From positions 375,720,001 to 375,784,000 of the forward strand of contig OZ024740.1 of assembly GCA_964016885.1 (NCBI GenBank): DNA of 64,000 nt, read 5' to 3'. The position numbers and the translations under genes are program-made. The notes beneath the pieces were generated by a model that saw only the letters and a list, made by a program, of their open reading frames with translations, was not told where the DNA came from and made no database searches. The DNA is from Eledone cirrhosa (lineage: Eukaryota). This document shows, piece after piece, positions 17,876 through 31,069 of this stretch (its first letter is position 1; each line of letters starts with the position of its first letter).

Positions 17876-18072
17876 AAGGATACAACCCCCAAAGGGAAAG
17901 TATTTTCCTATATAATATGTAATATTTTTGTGAGATAAATATACTGAAGAATGACTAGCATCATGTATGTATGTATGTATGTATGTATGTATGTATGTAT
18001 GCATGTATGTATGTATGTATGTATGTATGTATGTATGTATGTATGTATGTATGTATGTATGTATGTATGTAT

Positions 18073-18681
18073 GTCAGGTCACCAGTTGGTGCTACTGGAA
18101 ACATGTATCCCAGTACAACCTGTCTCATGGTCGGGTCGTTGGCGACTAAACTGGCAACCCCACCAAGGTTTCTTGGTGAGGAGGGTGACTTTAGACATCC
18201 CTCAGGACTAAAAACAAAACCTGTCAAAGGGCAAAGGAGCTCTTAAGAGTCAATGGCCATCCAAAATCACCGGGAGAGATGACCCCTTAGCCTTTGTCAA
18301 GGCAGAATTCTAGGAGAAGGAAAACTCTGATATAACACATGCAACCCTGATGGTATCCAATGATGTTGACTTGTCCTTCTTTTTGGTAAATATCATCTTC
18401 ATTAAGAGAGTGGGACTGGCTTTATGCAGTGCCTTTGCTCACTATAAAAGCTTCACGGCACAGGTATTGCTTTATATCTGGAGATCTCTCTGCACTTGTC
18501 GTCACATGGTACCATGGGTCCAGCACTCTGTGTCAATAATTGTCACAAGTGAGGTGTTTGTACCAGAGTTTTCAAGTCGCTGGCTGGACTAAAAAGTCAC
18601 ATTCGTTCAGCGCATCGGTAGGGGTTCTCCTGCATGGATATAAAGTAGTGGCCGTACACGAAAACGAGTTGGCAGCCACCA
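18073..18681 (+). mobile_element. Short non-autonomous RTE-derived element in (TATG)n
   Basis: 18500-18681 matches the 3' end of the RTE LINE at ~30287-30471. The 5' ~430 bp are GC-richer, non-coding and UTR-like. Confidence 0.7.
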
Positions 18682-19126
18682 TGTATGTATGTATGTATAT
18701 ATGTAGGTGTGCATGTATGAATAATGAATAATTTGAAATGTCGCTTTGTATAGCCTGAATAGCCTTCACTTTACTTTTCCACCAGACATGTTCCATCATT
18801 AAACAACACTTGGTGCTCTTTATTATTTTCATCAAATAAGTGATGATGTTTCCTATTCATAAAACCAGGAACAGTTGCCGATGTATCATAATCGTAGATT
18901 CTAAATCTTCCCACGTGCCATCGCGTTGAATCTTGTCTACCCTTTCCACCAGTACCTTTTATATTGTAGAAAGCAATATTCAATTTCTTTGGAACAACAA
19001 ATCCATTTACTTCCATTTTGGGGTTTACAATAAGTTTTCATGCTTTTGTCAGCCATGTGTGAGCGGAGGATCATTTGTTGGCAATTATTGAAATCAAAAT
19101 GCCGCAAGCCTGTATGTATTTATGTA

Positions 19127-19187
<61 letters not shown>

Positions 19188-19224
19188 AGGAATAACCAAA
19201 GAGTGCTTAGAAATACATTGTTTT

Positions 19225-19277
19225 ATTAGCTAACAGTGTTTCATCCATACACTTGGGCAGGAATCATCAGAACCTAT
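19225..19277 (-). ncRNA. Type-I hammerhead ribozyme (family B)
   Basis: GGUU CUGAUGA UUCCUGCCCAAGUGUAUGGAU GAAA CACUG UU AGCU. Confidence 0.75.
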
Positions 19278-19747
19278 AAAAAAGAGTATATCAATAGTTG
19301 CATGCTCCATCAAGCTGCGTCACCAGAACAAGGTTAAAAGACCAGCAGGGGATCCCGAGGCCAGCGCTAACCAAGTATTCTTCTCAAAGACTCATGCTTC
19401 CAAGTTCTCTTAATCTGCCTGTACATCCTATATTTGCACTGCTTGTGCTTTGATGTATCTATGCTTTTGTTTGATTTGTGTTTGTTTTGTGTTACTGTTT
19501 TTGATCATGCTGAGTAACACCTTCACTCATTCCTTGCTACTCTCTCTCAACCTCCTTATCATCTATTGCACCATTTATGTGATAATTGTTTAATGTATTT
19601 TTTATGTAATTTTTTATGACATTATGTGCGTCATGTATTGTGACTTTTTCTATATAGCGCTGGCCTCGGGACCACCTTACTGGTCCTTTAACCTTATTTT
19701 GGTGACGCAGCTTGATGGAGCATGCAACTATTGATATACTCTTGTTT

Positions 19748-19800
19748 ATAGGCTCTGATGATTCCTGCCATAGGGTATGGATGAAACACTGTTAGCTAAT
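19748..19800 (+). ncRNA. Type-I hammerhead ribozyme (family B)
   Basis: GGCT CTGATGA(19755-61) TTCC-TGCC-ATAG-GGTA-TGGAT GAAA(19783-86) CACTG TT AGCT. Confidence 0.8.
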
Positions 19801-19951
19801 TATACAATGTATTTCTAAGCACTTTTTGGTTATTCCTCAAATTATAACGGCTCTGCAGTATACTAGTTATGCTACATTGAGCTAAAACAACACTGTCATA
19901 CCAAGGGCAATATATCTGCGTGCCTGGTCACATTGATATACTTGTCAACGA

Positions 19952-20107
<156 letters not shown>

Positions 20108-20263
20108 GGAGACACAAGGCAGACATTCTTTAGTAAAAGCTGGTGATGTTGAACATCAACTGACTAATTGTATTTAGTCAAATACGCCGCATGCACATGT
20201 TACTACCTAATTTTCAAATTCGCTAGCTGTTTATAAACAAAGCCTGCTTTGTGCCTCCCTATT

Positions 20264-20374
<111 letters not shown>

Positions 20375-21173
20375 TATGATTATATAGCTTCTAACAGAAT
20401 GGAAGGAAGTATGGGTGTAATGGTAACGCTTGTATGTAATGGTAACATTTATATATATATTGGTTAACCGAGACTGCACAACCGTCTATAACTATATACA
20501 CATATCTAAATTGTAGGCATATAAGAATACCGGAAACTAGGAATATTAAGTCGATTTTCAGATTTTATTAAATCCTTTTCAGAAAATGTGAATATCATCC
20601 AATCAACCACAACGGAACTTGTGGTTTATATATTAACCCATTCGCTCTTCGTATTACTTTGAAATGGTCACAGTAATTTGCATATAGTTGGCGCACATGC
20701 TGAGAATTAATTGCCATATATTTAGAAGACGTGCTCTAGCAGATGAAGTGTACGATCAAGCTATATCTACATAAATATAGAGTTTAACAGAGACCGCACC
20801 AACATGTATAAATATATGCACGCATTTAATTTATAGGCATATAAACATGCCAGAAAACACTAATCATTCCGGTTTAATATATTGTAAAATATCTAACGAC
20901 TATAAACAAAATCTTATGTACATGGAGGTTATGAACAGTGTGAGCAACAGAACCATCTGGCTGCTTTACAACTTCATTTGCTTTTATTTATATATTTATT
21001 TGCTTCAAAATTGCTTTATTCCTGGTTGGAATGGTAAGAATATATGTTTATTTTAAGAACAATCTTACCAAGACAATGGCAGCAGAGTAAGTATTATGTT
21101 GATATGGCCTACAACTTTTAGATTTCGCTCCAGTTAAGAGTACAGGGTATATATTATAGTCATTATATAGATT

Positions 21174-21360
21174 GGCGGTGGATTGGCAGTATCGGTAGAG
21201 GGTCGGACGCCATGCTTTGACGCATAGAGTTACGACCCTTTCCATTCTGAGTTCAAATCCCGCCGAAGTCAACTTTGCCTTTCATCCTAACGTGGTCGAT
21301 AAAAATAAAGTACCAGTAATGTACTGGGTTATTGCTGGCCTTGTGCCAAAGGTAGAAACA
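21174..21360 (+). mobile_element. tRNA-derived Meta-like SINE
   Basis: Full-length copy; TSD ATTATATAGATTG at 21162-21174 and 21361-21373. Confidence 0.9.
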
Positions 21361-21712
21361 ATTATATAGATTGTAGTGAAAGATGCTGATAGTGGGAATG
21401 ACACATTCTCTTTTATATACACATGTTTACACCAGGTCCGAACACAAAAGAACCAAAGTCCCACTGTCACTGCTTCCTACTCTCCCGCACTCCCCATCCT
21501 TCACTATTTTGAGCAAATGGAGTCCCACGCGCTGGCTGCCCAACGGCCCCGGCGGGAATAATAGAGATGACGACATCTGCTGCCGTGGATTCACGACTTG
21601 GTTGGAGTTGAATATTTGTCAAGTCAATATTGCTTTGAATATACATACATGTTTTTATGCATGTATGTGTGAATGCATGCATATGTATACACACACACAC
21701 AAACACACACAC

Positions 21713-21816
<104 letters not shown>

Positions 21817-21819
21817 ATA

Positions 21820-22515
21820 TCTGTATATATAAAGTTGTAGTGCCTGTCTGTTTGTTTGTTCACGAAATCCTATGGTTTTGAAGATAGACCCCATAACCAT
21901 ATATATTATAACTACATTGCCAAGTGTACTTGGATAAGTATATTTCCTTTTAATCGAAGGGTTCCGCGGGGTCACAAACCCCCGCTGAAATGTTTTTTCC
22001 TTTCGGCTTATATGAAATATAAACCATAGGTAAATGACAAGATATGATGCCTATTCACAAAAGTTTTGATTGATATTTTGAAAAAAAATTATTTATTAGA
22101 AACAAAATAAGAATATGATTTAAAAATGTAATTTTGATTTGATATATTAAAAAAAATAATTGTTTCTATTTTAGGCACAAGGCCAGCAATTACCCAGTGA
22201 TTACTGGTACTTTATTTTATCGACCCCGTAAGGATGAAAGGCAAAGTCAACCTCGGCGGGATTTGAACTCAGATCGTAAAGGGACGTAACTATGCTGGAA
22301 AGCATGGCGTCCGACCCTCTACTGATACTGCCAATCCACCACCCTATATTAAAAAAAAATAATGTTGTCCAATTTTTCATGTATTACATTTTACATTGAG
22401 CAATATTGAAATGCAGAGATTTTCTCTATGAATTATATCACTAATTTAAAATCAATCATCATTTTCTTATAAAATAAATGTGTGTAACGCAGCAAGGCGT
22501 GGGTAATCCGGCTAG
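21820..22515 (+). mobile_element. Non-autonomous Helitron containing a nested SINE
   Basis: Starts A|TCTGTATATATAAA, followed by a (GTTT/GTCT) repeat. Ends with GC hairpin ACGCAGCAAGGCGTGGG then CTAG|T (22512-22515). No TSD. Confidence 0.7.
22161..22344 (-). mobile_element. tRNA-derived Meta-like SINE
   Basis: Full-length reverse copy; TSD-like TATATT(A)nTAAT on both sides. Confidence 0.9.
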
Positions 22516-22687
22516 TATATATATATATATGAGTGTGTGTTTGTGTGTGTGTGTGTGTTCGGAAAAGATTGTTTTGGTAAAAACAGGAGTAAGCAGGAGA
22601 AAGCTCTCAACAATCGTTGTTTTAGTTACGATGGAGAATTTTATAAAAATAATAAAATAAGATGCTGAGGTTACATATATCGTTTAA

Positions 22688-22775
22688 TCATAATAGTTAT
22701 TTCTACGGTTCTCCATGCAATCGAGATGTCCTTCATGCATTTGCTGTTGATTATGAGAACGGTTTCCTCAGATGA
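22688..22775 (-). ncRNA. Type-I hammerhead ribozyme with long stem II (family G)
   Basis: UCAU CUGAGGA AACCGUUCUC...GAGAACCGUA GAAA UAACUA UU AUGA. Confidence 0.7.
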
Positions 22776-23228
22776 AGATCGATATATTTGATATGCCGCT
22801 GGCAGGAAAACACACATCCTAATGCCTGTGCCCTCAGCTTACATATGAGTTAATTGAAGGGTTTGCCAGCTGTCACATTTGTTAGAAAAGGCTATCACCT
22901 AAAAAAGACGAAAAGAACGAAAAACCGTGTGCAAACAAAACCCAGTAGATAGTTGAAGGAACACAAGGAGCTCTGAGGGGGCGGGGTATACATTTAGTTG
23001 ACGACCACCTATAGACAACAACAGCAACGGCAACGACAACTACAACAACAACAGTGACAATAACATCAAACCGCCGACCAAAGTTATCCACAGTGGTCGC
23101 AATAGTCGTGCAGATACCATCACCCTAATGACAACAACAACTAAAACAAAATCTACAGTAAAAACACTTACAACGACAACAGCAACAAACGACAACAACA
23201 GCAAAAACACAGACCATATATATATATA

Positions 23229-23282
<54 letters not shown>

Positions 23283-23770
23283 GTGGAATAACAGCAACAA
23301 ACATGCCCAAACAGATGTAATATGTCTGATGAACAATTCACACGTATATCAATATTGTCTAGGGTGCAGATACCTTTGGTAATGGAGTAGTTACATAATG
23401 TGTTGTTCACTTTCAAATTAAATAGATCTGTTCTATACATAGAGCACTCTTATTTCTTTTGCTCCTTCTTCGCAATTATACATATATAAAATTGCAAGTT
23501 TGAAGAATTATTGGGTCTATTATTTCTTCATAATTACATTTTAAACTTTTAGTCTCGTTTAAATGATCATTTATGTGGTTGATTTCTACGGACTAGGGAC
23601 AGGAAAGACTATATATATAATCTAATAATTCGTCAAACATGCAACTTTATATATAGCTCTGACTAATGATTTTTTGCTTAATTAATTCTTCTTTGAGCCA
23701 CACTGTGAAAGTTAGCCACACTCATATATGTATATGTGACTATATCTAATTATATACATATATCCTTTTG

Positions 23771-23834
<64 letters not shown>

Positions 23835-23940
23835 ATAATAATAAAATTGAAGACTAAAATCCAAAGAGGGCTCGATAAGGAAAATATTTATCAAATATAT
23901 AAGAACCGTAGAGCAAATATTTATTAAAATAACAGATTAA

Positions 23941-23991
23941 AGTTTAAGCAAAGAATCGCTGCTTTCACCCTTAACGGGATCTTCTGAAACT
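23941..23991 (-). ncRNA. Type-I hammerhead with U4A core variant (family K)
   Basis: AGUUU CAGAAGA UCCC-GUUAA-GGGU GAAA GCA-GCGAUUCUU-UGC UU AAACU. Confidence 0.65.
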
Positions 23992-26885
23992 AACAAAGTC
24001 AATCTGTAAGCGCAGAACTGGATATTTAAAAAAACGTTGCAACCGGAGGAAGACAAGAAGACGATACTTTGGTTCGTGGAAACGCTCGCTGGCAAAGAAC
24101 GGGAAAAAACGAATAATACGTCATTAATAGGAGCGGTGAAAAACAATTACGCGCAAAGACATTCCGACAAAACTGGCAACCTATATCAAGTGGAGCGCAG
24201 TACTTACCATCAACTACTACATAATGCTGTAACTAAGGATTACCGTAAAACTAATCGGTGTGTCATCAATGAAATCAACGATGCTGGGTTTAAAATCACA
24301 TCTGTTCTCAACATCCTGGACCGGACCGAACCTCTAGACCCTATCTCTCCCCACTTTACCATGAAGGATCACAAATCCAATTTTCCGAACAACCCCTCTA
24401 TTCGGCTTATTAACCCTACGAAGTCCGATTTAGGTAGACTTAGTAAAACGATTATTGATAGAATTATGCCTGAAATTAGAAGTTTGGCCCATCTCGCACT
24501 GTGGAACAATTCTTCCGCGGTGATTGATTGGTTCAACGGCATATGTAACAAGGAACGTTGCCGTTTTATCCAATTCGACATCAACAATTACTACTCCTCC
24601 ATCACTTTACCACTTCTCCTTAGAGCTATCAATTTCGCTAAAACACTCACAGTGGTTAAGGATTTCGAAGTTGATGTCATCCTTAATGCCCGAAAGTCGG
24701 TGATTAATTTCGACGACTCTATTTGGATTAAAAAATCCAATAGTACCCCTTCCGACGTGAGTATGGGCGCCAGTTAGTCTGCGGACGTTACTGATCTTAT
24801 TGGCCTTTTCCTTCTTTTCTCTATCACGGACGAATTCCCCAACGCGGGCGGTAGTTTGTACCGTGACGATGGTCTTTTGACCATGACTAAGTGCGGACCT
24901 CGTGCTTGCGACAGGTTCAGAAAACAACTCACAGCCTTCTTTAAAGGCTTCAACCTCTCTATACAGGTTGAGGCCAATCTCTCGGTCGTTAATTACCTCG
25001 ACGTTACCCTCAATTTATTGAATGGGTTGTATTACCCGTATAGAAAGCCGAATGATACGCTTAATTACATAAGTAAGCATTCCAACCATCCTGCCAGCAT
25101 AACCAAGAACCTGGTAAAAAACGTTTCGTTGAGGGTTTCCCGTCTTTCCACCAACGAACGCATTTTCAACGGCCATTCCACTTATTACAATGAAGGTCTT
25201 GCTCGAAGTGGATTTGTCGATAAGGTAGCATATACAGACAACGAAAATAGACCTAGAAGAAATAGATCCCGTCGCATTTGTTGGTTTAAACGACCATATA
25301 ATATGGAGGTGGCCACACCATTAGCTAAGATCTTTCTTTCCCTTATTACGAAGCATTTTCCCCCTACACATAAATATAGTAAAATGTTTAATAGAAATAC
25401 TATTAAAATGTCTTACTCTACGATTCCTAACCTTGCACATAACATCACAGCTTCAAATTTAGATAAACTACCTAGCCGTAGGAACACGTGCAACCCTGTA
25501 GTTAGTACTAACTGTAATTGTAGTAATCGGGCTGATTGCTCTCTATCGGGGAAATGCGTCTCTAGTAACATTGTCTAAAAATGTAAGGTTGTAACACCCA
25601 CGTCCCGTAGGGCCTACATAGGGTTAACCGCCAATAGTTTCAAGCAGCGTCTTTACATGCATACACATTCTTTTCGTTACCCTCTAAGAAGGAATATGAT
25701 GTCACTTTCAGCTTATATCTGGAGTCTAAAAGACAACCATACCCAATATAAGTCACACTGGGAGATCCTAGCTAGGGCTAGATCGTATAACGGAAATAAA
25801 AGGCCGTGTGACCTCTGCGCCGCTGAGGCCCTGGAAATACTCTACGCCACAGACAACATCTTAAACAAAAAATCTGAGGCAATTTCGGCTTGTAAACATA
25901 AATTGCACAACACTTTCCTGTATTACAGCCACACGTTATACTCTAACGGATAGCACGATCTATACATTGGATATTTTACGTCTTGATGTGGGAGCTAAGT
26001 ATATGTTTTGTTTATTCCTTTACTTATTTGCATAAGTAAGTATATATTACCCGTATGTTTTGTGAAGGTATGTATACCTTCTCGTACGTATATTTGACTG
26101 TTATGGCGTATAATTTTTACATATTCTGGTATTTAGGGTTTGGCTATGTGTATACGGGAGTTTTGCGTCTGCGTGAGTATGCAGGTTCGTACGTATGGTG
26201 GGTGTGTGTATATGTGTACTTCTTGTTTTAGTTGACTTACGTCTCCGAACACTCGTGTATTTATTTGTAGGTATGTGTGTGCGCTTGTTATATACGTATT
26301 TATTTACTTATATACCTTTATATAATTATTTATTTATTTGTACACAAGCATACACACACACACACATATTTATATGTGCGTGGTTTTGTATACCTATGGT
26401 AAGGTTTTGCGTATGCTTGTGTATGTACGTATCTGTTTGCGTGTATGTATTTATTTGTTTCTATTACTTCTGTATTGTATTTATTTACTTTGTTCTTAAC
26501 TCTGTAGCGGAGATTCATTTGGTCTCCTAGTTAGAATTTTAGTCTACAACTTCTGCTATACCATTTACGTGTTTTTGACTTTGCGTGCTATTGTTCTCCA
26601 CGCTCCACATATGACTTATTATCTTCGTTTTTTCGTTCATTGCCAGAGAACGTCTCTATACACCACCTAAAAGAACATTAGACTACGACCTCTTTTATAC
26701 CATAAACGTGGTTCTGTCTTTGCGCGTAATTGTTTTTCACCGCTCCTATTAATGACGTATTATTCGTTTTTTTCCCGTTCTTTGCCAGGGAACGTTTCCA
26801 CGAACCAAAGTATCGTCTTCCTGTCTTCCTCCGGTTGCAACGTTTTCTGAAATATCCAGTTTTGCGTTTACAGATTGACTTTGTT

Positions 26886-26936
26886 TGTTTCAGAAGATCC
26901 CGTTAAGGGTGAAAGCCGCGATTCTTTGCTTAAACT
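26886..26936 (+). ncRNA. Type-I hammerhead with U4A core variant (family K)
   Basis: GTTT CAGAAGA(26891-97) TCCC..GGGT GAAA(26911-14) GC..GC TT AAAC. Confidence 0.6.
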
Positions 26937-26947
26937 TTAATCTGTTA

Positions 26948-26987
<40 letters not shown>

Positions 26988-26991
26988 CATG

Positions 26992-27464
26992 TATACGTAC
27001 ATACATATATGTATACATACGTACAGTAGTATGTATATATATATATATATATATATATACATGCACACATATATATATGTACGTATGGGTTAATCGAACA
27101 TTTATTATAATGCTCAGTTTGTTTGTAAACAAACAAACAACCCGGATTAAGCCGTACAGCGTTTAGCAACCATCGTTGCCCCTTTTGTTCAACACTGACA
27201 AAGGAACGATGTACTAGATTCAAGCGTATTAGCTATCGTCAGCAACGGATACCTTCCTGCCAGATGATTAAACGTCTGAAAGTATATACTTCCCTTATGC
27301 ATATTAACGGCTGAGCAGACTAATTTGCATATCGAGTGAGTTACAAACAAACCGAGCATTATAATAAATGTTCGATAAACCCATACGGACATATATATAT
27401 GTATGCATGTATGTATATATATACATACTACTGTACGTCTGTGTACATATATGTATGTACGTAT
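26992..27464. repeat. Fold-back pseudo-LTR element (family D); right arm interrupted by the RTE insertion
   Basis: 26992-27128 is inverted at 27341-27464. The continuation TAAGAGTGAGAAATGAAATTTCG reappears at ~30510, as in the copy at 48836-49100. Confidence 0.75.
27206..27248 (-). ncRNA. Hammerhead motif (family D), GAAA mutated to GAAU
   Basis: CGUUG CUGACGA UAGC-UAAUAC-GCUU GAAU CUAG UA CAUCG. Confidence 0.6.
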
Positions 27465-30400
27465 AGGTGGTTCATACACTTCACGAAGAAGATTATACAT
27501 TGCCTTAACGTCCTTCACATCCGACGCAAGTTGTATTTCATCGGCTTTGTCATTCCCACCACTTATTCTTTATTTCACGCAATTTTCGTTGCACATCAGC
27601 TTTTACGAGCTTCAGCTTATCAGTGATGGCCTTCTGCCGATCAGACCTTAAATCACTACCAAGCAATGCGGAGTGGAGTATATGTTTCTCCTCCAAAAGC
27701 TTGTCTATAACCTTGTCATTTTAGTTAAACCAATGCTGATGCTTCTTATCTGTGAATCCAACAACATCAGCACATGCCCCATAAACTGCCTCCGTAAAGG
27801 AAGTCCAGTCAATTCCGCACTCTAACGCATCCATCTTTTTAACCAGATTTTCTCTGACTTCAATATACTTCAGACAGGCAACGTTCAGCCGTTTCGGAAG
27901 TGATACCCCTCACCGCTTCTCCCTTTTACGAACTACACATCTGGCTCTTGCTCTCACCAGACGATGGTCTGTCCAACACGCATCACATGAAAACTGCACA
28001 GATCCTGTACATCCCGCCGCCTAACAAGGACATAATCAATAAGGTGCCACTGTTTCGATCCAGGATGCATCTATGTTGTCTTGTATTTGTCCTTCTGTTG
28101 GAACATAGTGCTGCCAATGAAGAAGTCCAGCTCAGTGCACATTTGCAATAACAAGAGTCCATTGCCATTGCACTTTCCGACCCCATGCTTGCCCAGAGCT
28201 CTCCAGGTCTCACAATCACGGCCCACGAGAGCATTAAAAACTCCAAGAATGAAAATTTTGTCTGCTGCAGCCACATTCCAGACAAAAGACCTTAATTCGT
28301 CATAAAAAGCCTGCTTTGCTTCATCGACGCATTCCATAGTTGGTGCATAAGCACCAATCTGCTTAGTATAATGGATGGCAATCAGCTCCTTAGAGATCCC
28401 AATGAAATCCTGTTGAGATGGCGGGAACACCTTGACGAGCTTCTCAATAGAGATTCAGAAGTTGACGAAGAATTTATCAGGTCTATACCTGATAACCCAG
28501 TAAAGGAAATCCTTGCTGAGCCTCCAATGATCGAGTAGGTTAAAAGTGGTGTCTGGAAACTCAATGGTGGGAAGTCGCCTGGATTGGATGGGCTGTATGC
28601 TGAGATCTTGAAGCACGGTGGAGAGAATCTCTTGCACCGACTTCATTCTTTGGTTCTGGATGCCTGGAACAACAATCATGTCCCCGATGACTAGAAGGAT
28701 GCTGTGGTGGTTGTTTTGTACAAGAGGAGGGGAGACAGGGGTGACTGGGGAAACTATCGTGGGATGTCACTGCTGTCTGTTGTCGGCAAAGTTCTCTGTA
28801 GAATTCTTTGGACCGTCTATTGCTCCACATTGCTGATGGAGCTCTACCAGAGTCGCAATCGGGCTTTCGGGGTGGGCGTGGCACTGTGGATATGATCTTT
28901 ACAGCCAGACAACTGCAGGAAAATTATGTTGAGAAGAATGTGGATCTCTACCAGGTGTTTGTTGATCTGACAAAGGCGTTTGACACGGTCAACAGAAAGG
29001 CTTTATGGGATATCATGAGGAAGCTGGGGTGCCCTGAGAAGTTTGTTTCCATTTTGCGTTTGTTCCATGATGACATGAAGGCATGGGTAAATGTTGGTGG
29101 AAAGCTCTCCGACGGTCGAGAATGGAGTCAAACAGGGTGACATTCCAGCACCAACGCTCTTTGCTTTGTCCTTCTCCATTGTCTTCGAACAGGCCTTCGG
29201 GAACTGCAATCATGGTATATATGTTCCCTATCGATCAACTGGAAAGCTGTTTAATATCAGGAGGTGCAATGCTAAGTCAAAGGTTCCCTTGTCACTAAGC
29301 AAGGATTGATATGCAGCATCTCATATGCACCATAAACCTGAAAAAGACAGTAGCCATGTACCAACCGGCCCCTGGGAAGCCATTTTGTGAGCCCAACATC
29401 TTGGTTCATGGTGAACGGCTAAGGGTCGTTGGCAGTTTTGTATATCTTGGAAGCTCTCTGAGTATGTCCTGCGATCTTGATGGGGAAATATCAAACAGGA
29501 TACAGAAAGCCAGTGATGCTTTTGGAAAACTGAACAAGCGTCTCTGGTCTCAACACGGAATTTCGGTAAAGACAAAGCTCAAAGTGTATCGGCGTGTGCG
29601 AGGGCGGCACTTCTTTATGCTTGTGAGACGTGGGTTGTCTACCGTAGACAGATGAAGCGACATGAGAGGTTCCACCAGTACTGCTTCCGTCGGATCCTCA
29701 CCATAACTTGGCAAAGGTTTGTCAGTGACGTCGAGGTTCTGTACCGAAGTGGCTGTGATAGTGTCGAGTCCTTGATTTTGAAACACCAGCTGCGCTGGAC
29801 AGGCCATCTTGTAGGGATGATTGACAAGCGAATGCCGAAGCAGTTAATTTATGGTGAGCACAAATGGGAAAAATGAACGCGAGCAAACACAAGATGCGTT
29901 TACGGACTGCATCAAGGGGGCGCTCAAGAAAAGTAACATCCCTTGTGAGCACTGGGAAGCATGCACTAGCAACCGATCGCAGTGGAGGAAAGCAGTGGCT
30001 CGTGGCAAGAGTCTACTTGAGGAAACAAGAAGGCACGCCACACTAAAAAGAGTTGTCCGGAAAGTAATCCATGTTGGCCCTCCCGAAGCCACTGACAGAC
30101 GGCCTGATCTGACATGTGAGACCTCTAATAGGGTTTGTCTGAGCATGGCAGGTCTAAAGAGTTACCTGAGAGTGCACAAGAACAGGGAAGCATGCACCTG
30201 TGGAACTATAAGTGTTCATTAGACGACGACATGTGATGTTTGTGGAAGGGTATGCAGGTCGAGTAGTGATCTCACACGACACCTCGGGTCACATGGTGCC
30301 ATGGGCCCAGCACTAGGTGTCAATAATTGCCACAAGTGTAATGTTTGTACCAGAGTTTTCAAGTCGCTGGCTGAACTAAAAAGCCACACTCGTTCAGCGC

Positions 30401-30475
30401 ATCGGCAAGGGTTCTCCTACATGGATATAAAGTAGTGGCCGTACTCGAAAACGAGTTGACAGCCGCCACCATCTA
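27465..30475 (+). mobile_element. RTE-clade LINE with 5' inversion (APE endonuclease + linker on minus 27465-28362; RT and C2H2 fingers on plus 28363-30475)
   Basis: Minus: IGAYAPT, ILGVFNA, GNGLLLL, HLIDYVLV. Plus: ILLRWREH, PGLDG, NYRGMSLL, LPESQSGFRGGRGTVDMIF, FVDLTKAFD, GVKQG, FVYLGS. The YADD region is deleted near 29309; stops and frameshifts throughout. Confidence 0.92.
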
Positions 30476-30543
30476 CATATACATACTTATATTTAAGTAA
30501 CCGCCATTCTAAGAGTGAGAAATGAAATTTCGTTTCATTTTTT

Positions 30544-30595
<52 letters not shown>

Positions 30596-30867
30596 GGTGA
30601 CTATTTAACTTTCCCAAGAAGAGCAAAGAACTCGACCCACTGACGTATTATTTATGTGGGTTTCGACCACCATAAAAATATAGAAGCAGTTCGCTCTTGA
30701 GAATGCGAGAAAACGTTTCGGAGTACTCTCTTTAACTCTCATGTCGTTTACATAAAATTTTTATTTTATATTTGTCAATTTTTAAACTTGATTTTTCTTT
30801 CTATCGGAGTCCGTGTTGTTAAATTTAAAACAACATAATAGAAATAGATGTGTATTTGTATGCAAGT

Positions 30868-30907
<40 letters not shown>

Positions 30908-30948
30908 GCGTATACACATACGCACACAAGCACACACCACACACATGC

Positions 30949-30979
<31 letters not shown>

Positions 30980-31004
30980 CATATATATGAATATATATAT
31001 ATAT

Positions 31005-31069
<65 letters not shown>

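Larger units (their letters stand above)
23832..26955 (+). mobile_element. Penelope-like element (Hydra-type), 5'-truncated with inverted 5' pseudo-LTR
   Basis: From ~24160: HSDKTGN, FIQFDINNYY, SMGA, LYRDD, YLDVTL..YRKP, CNCSNRADC, YIGLT, CDLC..E, ACKH, with in-frame stops. 23922-24160 is the reverse complement of 26720-26955. In (TA)n. Confidence 0.92.

Noticed and set aside
18771-19016. 81-aa ORF that might be a host exon
   Set aside because: No recognisable domain or clear splice pair can be established by eye.
30700-30742. Minus-strand UUAAAGA GAGUACUCC GAAA CGUU motif
   Set aside because: Two core mismatches; at best a dead remnant.
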